A stretch of DNA of 64,000 bases from Bacteroidota bacterium (GTDB taxonomy: Bacteria; Bacteroidota; Bacteroidia; Bacteroidales; ML635J-15): assembly GCA_034658655.1 (NCBI GenBank), contig JAYEFQ010000079.1, forward strand, positions 8,965 through 72,964, read 5' to 3'. The translations under genes were made by a program, and so were the position numbers. The notes below the pieces were generated by a model that saw only the letters and a list, made by a program, of their open reading frames with translations, did no database searches and was not told the DNA's origin. This document shows, in pieces, positions 59,524-64,000 of the stretch. Every line of letters begins with the position of its first letter. Within the stretch, counting starts at the first letter, position 1.

Positions 59524-60222
59524 TTAATATAATTTAAAATTAATTGGAACAATATAGGTTACCGGAACAGGAATTCCTCTTTGTTTTCCTGGTGACCAGC
59601 GGGGCAGTTTGCCAACTACTCGTTTTGCTTCTTTATCAAGATATGGATCAACGCCACGTGCAACTGTTACACTCGTAACATTTCCATTTTTATCAATGAC
59701 AAACTGAATAAAAACCTTCCCTTGAATTCCATTTTCTTTTGCAATTTCAGGATAGTTTGTATTTTCTGCCAAGTATTTTAGCAAAGCAGCATCTCCTCCG
59801 GGGAAAACCGGCTTATCCTCCACACTATGGAATGGAATTGGTTCAACTTCTTCTTCTACTGTTTCTTCAAAAGAACTCATATCAATATCAATTTCCATGT
59901 CTTCATCGGCCTCTGAGTTAATGTCAATATCAGATTCCTCTTCATCGTTTTCCACAACATTAAGTTCTTCAATCACTTGCTCTGGTTCCGGCTCTGGTTC
60001 TTCCTCCGGTGGTGGTGGAGGTTCTTCTTCTTGGAATGTATTAATAATCTCTTCTTCAAAATTCTCATCCATACTAAGGTCTCCTAGCGCATTTTTATTT
60101 GCGTCAGAAGTTCCCCATTCAAATGCAACGAGAATAATTCCAAGAACTAGGGCGAGCCCTATTTCAAGAAATAGCGTTCTTTTACGCTCCAGATTAGCTT
60201 TTTTCGTTTTTTTAACTTGCAT
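59524..60222 (-). CDS. TonB family energy transducer (paralog 1)
   Basis: N-terminal anchor, a Pro/Glu-rich linker (EEPPPPPEEEPEPEPE), and a C-terminal TonB domain (KPVFPGGDAALLKYL..YPEIA...QGKVFIQFVIDKNG). Confidence 0.75.
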   Translation of the reverse strand: MQVKKTKKANLERKRTLFLEIGLALVLGIILVAFEWGTSDANKNALGDLSMDENFEEEIINTFQEEEPPPPPEEEPEPEPEQVIEELNVVENDEEESDIDINSEADEDMEIDIDMSSFEETVEEEVEPIPFHSVEDKPVFPGGDAALLKYLAENTNYPEIAKENGIQGKVFIQFVIDKNGNVTSVTVARGVDPYLDKEAKRVVGKLPRWSPGKQRGIPVPVTYIVPINFKLY

Positions 60223-60372
60223 TGTTCCTTATTTTAATGGTGTAAAATTAATCGAATTATTACAGTATTACAAAAAAACCTTGTTTTTCTTTTAATTATT
60301 TCAAACATACTACTCCTTAATGTATTGAAAATAAACGGCATACCTTTGTTTTTATTGTTTAAATTTCCTATT

Positions 60373-61068
60373 TTAATACAACTTATAATCAATAGGGACA
60401 ATAAATCTTACTTTTACTGGCTTATTGCGTTGTAACCCAGGCTCCCAATCAGGAATTAAACCTACTACACGCTCAGCTTCACGGCTTAAATATGGATCGA
60501 AATCATTAATTACCTTTACATTAGTAACTTTTCCGGTTTCATCAATAATAAATTCAACATGAACTTTTCCTTGAACATTATTGCGAATAGCAATTTCAGG
60601 ATATTTTACATTTTCACGAATAAAACGCAAAAGTGCATCATTTCCACCAGAGAAAACGGGTTTCTTTTCAACAGCCACAAAATCAAGTGTTTCAACTGGC
60701 TCAACAATAGGTGGCTCAGGTTTCCAAATTATTATTTTACATCCTGTTCCATCATCTTCATTTCCAATTATAAAGCTGTCATCTTCAACATCATCTTCAA
60801 CAACATTAAGTTCTTCAATGACTTTTTCTTTTTCCACTGGTTCAGGTTGAATAATCTCCTCTTTTTCAGGTGGTTGAAAGGTGATGAGTAATTCTTCTAT
60901 CGGATCATCATCCCATGATGCTTGTCCAAGGAGACTGTTGTTATTTGTATTTTTGCCATATTCAAAGGCGCTAAATACGATAGCGAGTACGAGTATTAAA
61001 CCAATTTCAAAAAAGATAATTCGCTTTCTCTCCAGATTTGCTTTTGCTGATTTTTTTTTAGTTTTCAT
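60373..61068 (-). CDS. TonB family energy transducer (paralog 2)
   Basis: Same architecture as paralog 1, and colinear with it. The C-terminal domain reads KPVFSGGNDALLRFI..YPEIA..QGKVHVEFIIDETG. The likely start is ATG 61068. Confidence 0.75.
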   Translation of the reverse strand: MKTKKKSAKANLERKRIIFFEIGLILVLAIVFSAFEYGKNTNNNSLLGQASWDDDPIEELLITFQPPEKEEIIQPEPVEKEKVIEELNVVEDDVEDDSFIIGNEDDGTGCKIIIWKPEPPIVEPVETLDFVAVEKKPVFSGGNDALLRFIRENVKYPEIAIRNNVQGKVHVEFIIDETGKVTNVKVINDFDPYLSREAERVVGLIPDWEPGLQRNKPVKVRFIVPIDYKLY

Positions 61069-61218
61069 AGGACAAACAGTTTTAGAGATTAACATTTAAA
61101 TTAAAAAAGGCGCCTTTGTTATATTAACGTTTGTTCTTATTAAAATGCTGCATTACTTCAGATTTGCAAATTGGATACATGCTTTTCTGAAATTCCATAA
61201 AATGCTTAAAAATGCGCT

Positions 61219-61776
61219 TTATTTTTCTGAACCCCAGCGATATGCATGATTTGAGATGTTGAGTTGATCGAGAATCCGATCTGTGAAATGACTTACTAAT
61301 TCATCAATACTTTGAGGCTTTGCATAAAATGACGGTGATGCGGGAATAATTTGCGCCCCAGCAAGAATCAATTGCTCCATGTTTCTCACATGGATTAAGT
61401 TAAATGGTGTTTCTCTCGGGACAATAATGAGTTGTTTTTTTTCTTTCAAGCATACATCAGCAGCTCGTGCGATAAGATTATCGGCTATTCCGATGGCAAT
61501 TTTCGCCATAGTTCCCATGGTGCAAGGTATAATAATCATACTATCTTGCACTGATGATCCGGAGGCAAAAGGAGCATAAAAATCATTTGCTTGATATTGT
61601 TTTGAAGCAAAATTTGGCTTTATACCAATTTCAGTTTCCCAAACTTGCTTTGCAACATCAGACATAACCACCGAAAGTGATTCAACTTGTTCTGATTGTT
61701 CCAATTTTTGGATTAGACTTTGCGCATAAATAGCTCCACTTGCTCCAGTAATTGCTATGACAATATTTTTTTTCAT
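61219..61776 (-). CDS. ubiX: UbiX-family flavin prenyltransferase
   Basis: IVIAITGASGAIYA..., IIPCTMGTMAKIA, and LIIVPRETP. 185 aa. Confidence 0.85.
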   Translation of the reverse strand: MKKNIVIAITGASGAIYAQSLIQKLEQSEQVESLSVVMSDVAKQVWETEIGIKPNFASKQYQANDFYAPFASGSSVQDSMIIIPCTMGTMAKIAIGIADNLIARAADVCLKEKKQLIIVPRETPFNLIHVRNMEQLILAGAQIIPASPSFYAKPQSIDELVSHFTDRILDQLNISNHAYRWGSEK

Positions 61777-62418
61777 CTAAAAACGATAAGAAAATGAGAA
61801 ATGCAACACATTATTATATTGCCCTCTGTCAAATAAATAGGTTTGTCCTCCGGGATGTTCGCGTACCGGAATGAAACTGTAGGAATAACGAAAAAGGAAG
61901 GCCCAATGTTCATTGAAATGATAATTTACTCCTGCATGTAAAGAAAAATCGTATGGTTTAAATGGATCAGCCGGCTCAGCAAGTCCGCCGCCATTATCAT
62001 CTTCACGGGCTTGAAGTAAATATGCCGCAGATAAACCTATTTCAGGAGTTACCAGATTATTAAAGTCCCAGTTAATTAATCCCGGGATATGGATGCCTTT
62101 TAAATTATATTGTAAACTGACAGGCATTTCAATATATCTTAATCTAAGATTATAATACGCTTGATTTTTTTCTCCTGAATACTGACTCCCTTTTTGGATA
62201 AACAGCAATTCAATTTGATAATTAAACTCGCTTGGCATATCACGAGTAATGAAAATACCGGCTTTAGGATTAATTTTATTATATCCTCCCCGATTATCTC
62301 CATTATATTGAGTGATTGTAGCTCCTCCTGTAATTCCGCCATAAAACCCTTGCGCTGTGAGTTTTAATGAGAAAACACTAAAGGCGAATAATATCAGTAA
62401 TAGATAATGTTTTTTCAT
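61777..62418 (-). CDS. small outer-membrane beta-barrel protein (porin/PorT-like family)
   Basis: Signal peptide, an alternating beta pattern, and a C-terminal aromatic residue (..FSFSYRF). It abuts ubiX with no gap. Confidence 0.55.
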   Translation of the reverse strand: MKKHYLLLILFAFSVFSLKLTAQGFYGGITGGATITQYNGDNRGGYNKINPKAGIFITRDMPSEFNYQIELLFIQKGSQYSGEKNQAYYNLRLRYIEMPVSLQYNLKGIHIPGLINWDFNNLVTPEIGLSAAYLLQAREDDNGGGLAEPADPFKPYDFSLHAGVNYHFNEHWAFLFRYSYSFIPVREHPGGQTYLFDRGQYNNVLHFSFSYRF

Positions 62419-62474
62419 ATTGTGAAGATATGAAAATATCCCGAATTATTCATCTCATTTTGTGATAAGACAAG

Positions 62475-63326
62475 CTATTCTTGCACATAAGCTTCTTCAG
62501 CTTGAAGTACTTCTTTGCTATCATTATCATAAACAAAAGCAATAATTTGTAAGTTTTCAGGATTCCAATCTGGTTTGATTTTTAGATTATACGATTTTTC
62601 AAAATCATCACCGATCGATAAATTCACATCCGTATTCAGTTTTTCACCGAAAGCCCCATTCATACTTGCTCTAAGCACATGATTATGTTCGTAATTTTCA
62701 ATTGGAGACTCATCAGCAGAATAATCTTCTTGCCATTCAATAATGTGGGATTCTACAATATAAACAGCAATTTGCATTTGTCGCACAGCAGCAATTTCTG
62801 CTAAAACTGAAATATCTGCATAAATTATACTATCGCTATAATCAGATTCAATTTCAATTGAAAACTCGGGGTAAAGCGATATAAAGGCAGCTGTATTTGT
62901 CGCCCAAGCTCCTGGAGCAGAAATATCTTCAGGCGAAAAACTATTCACTACGCCAATCGGTTGCGATGTAATATTAAAATATCCAGTTGAACTCATTCCA
63001 TCACCACCAAGTACTAAATTTATGCTGTCCATAAAGTTGTAATGAAAAGGCTGTGTTGTATCACTTGTAGCAGCAATCCCTAAAAAGGAACAATGTACCG
63101 CAATCGGGACAACTGCATCAGGATACGTTAATTGTAATTGTTCAATTACACGATGTCCATCGGGGCAAAACCCGCATCGTTGTCCGGTAAAGTCAAGGAT
63201 TAAACTTTTTCGCCCATTCCAAACAGTTACATTGTCTTCGTAATAGGGTTCTTCAATGGTGTCGCAGGCATAAAAAATACTACCGGCAACAAGCATAACG
63301 ATTAAATATATTGCTATTTTTCTCAT
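62475..63326 (-). CDS. Omp28-related outer-membrane lipoprotein (thioredoxin-like N-terminus)
   Basis: Lipobox IFYAC. LILDFTGQRCGFCPDGH matches my recollection of the Omp28-related pattern. Confidence 0.5.
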   Translation of the reverse strand: MRKIAIYLIVMLVAGSIFYACDTIEEPYYEDNVTVWNGRKSLILDFTGQRCGFCPDGHRVIEQLQLTYPDAVVPIAVHCSFLGIAATSDTTQPFHYNFMDSINLVLGGDGMSSTGYFNITSQPIGVVNSFSPEDISAPGAWATNTAAFISLYPEFSIEIESDYSDSIIYADISVLAEIAAVRQMQIAVYIVESHIIEWQEDYSADESPIENYEHNHVLRASMNGAFGEKLNTDVNLSIGDDFEKSYNLKIKPDWNPENLQIIAFVYDNDSKEVLQAEEAYVQE

Positions 63327-63338
63327 AAAGTTTCCGAA

Positions 63339-64000
63339 TTAAAAAGTGCTAGATATTGATAACATTAGTCCGTTAGATGCAGGTACAGTTCGACAAACAC
63401 CACCGACACACATTACACCTTGTCGTTGTTTTCCATAAGATAATTGAACTCTGCTTCCTCCACTGATATATCCTAAACCTGCAGTATAATAATGATATCT
63501 TTCGTCAATATTGCTGTTTCCATAATTCCAACTATCCATAACGGTAAAGAAAAATTTCGGAATACTAAACTCTAACAAGCCCATTGCCCAATCGCCTTTG
63601 TCATCATCGGTAAACATTCCTTGAAATTCTCCTCTAAGGCTGGTTTTTCTGTCAAATTTATATGTGATATCAGCAATCGCAATATTTGCATGAATCATAT
63701 CATGAAATTCTGATTGCATTAAAACCTCGTTATTAAGGGTTAAATTTTGATAAGTCAGTACGAATTTCAGAGATTTTGATATTTTTTTTGTGAGCTCTAA
63801 ATTAATATCCTGATAGAATAATTCATCGCCAATGCTAAAGAATGGAGATTCATAGCCCAAGGTTCCACTTGCTCCAATAGGAATCGTATCATTAATCGGA
63901 CTTCTTGGGACATTGTGTACGCGTGAGTAATTTAAGGCAACACTTGTTCCGTATTTTCCACCAAGTTTTGATTTCCTCTTAAAATTATACATAATTTCAG
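63339..64000 (-). CDS. DUF6029-like beta-barrel protein, C-terminal part (5' end lies outside the window)
   Basis: The frame stays open to the window edge. The C-terminal ...GVMCVGGVCRTVPASNGLMLSISSTF matches the DUF6029 tail as I recall it. Confidence 0.45.
   Translation of the reverse strand, partial: EIMYNFKRKSKLGGKYGTSVALNYSRVHNVPRSPINDTIPIGASGTLGYESPFFSIGDELFYQDINLELTKKISKSLKFVLTYQNLTLNNEVLMQSEFHDMIHANIAIADITYKFDRKTSLRGEFQGMFTDDDKGDWAMGLLEFSIPKFFFTVMDSWNYGNSNIDERYHYYTAGLGYISGGSRVQLSYGKQRQGVMCVGGVCRTVPASNGLMLSISSTF

Noticed and set aside
59897-60295. 132-aa Ser/Gly-rich ORF on the plus strand
   Set aside because: It is the antisense image of the acidic and proline-rich TonB linker (GAA/GAG/CCA repeats read backwards).
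61106-61117. Palindrome AAAGGCGCCTTT as the ubiX terminator
   Set aside because: A loop-less 12-nt palindrome can form only a 4-bp stem with a GCGC loop, which is too weak to call.

Overview
This is a low-GC Bacteroidota chromosomal segment. The phylum call rests on an lpxD / lpxC-fabZ fusion / lpxA operon, several proteins with T9SS C-terminal sorting domains, and TAnnTTTG -7 promoter boxes. It is densely coding and mostly housekeeping: lipid A synthesis, pyrE, sod, groEL, rlmN, aspartate kinase, hflX, ubiX, tsaC and polysaccharide genes. I found no rRNA, tRNA, CRISPR array, transposase or integrase.

The most interesting features are:
1. A very AT-rich two-gene island (14011-16006) encodes an ABC/AAA_21-type ATPase translationally coupled to an RloB/Toprim-like protein. 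This is an AbiL/PARIS-like architecture and a candidate anti-phage module. Its promoter sits inside an inverted repeat.
2. A tightly coupled pair (41739-47868) encodes a PorV-family barrel and an unusually long (about 1670 aa) C25/PorU-like protease, in a window rich in T9SS cargo.
3. A clostridial 2x[4Fe-4S] ferredoxin (38904-39074) is missing from the ORF track. It lies next to an orphan HydF maturase whose HCxxC motif reads QCxxC.
4. A GC-rich, probably foreign, Ntn-hydrolase gene (37307-38554).
5. A conserved intergenic element of about 33 nt is present three times (16176, 37219, 58084).
6. A lipoprotein gene is split by a single in-frame TAG (6035).
7. groEL has no groES upstream.
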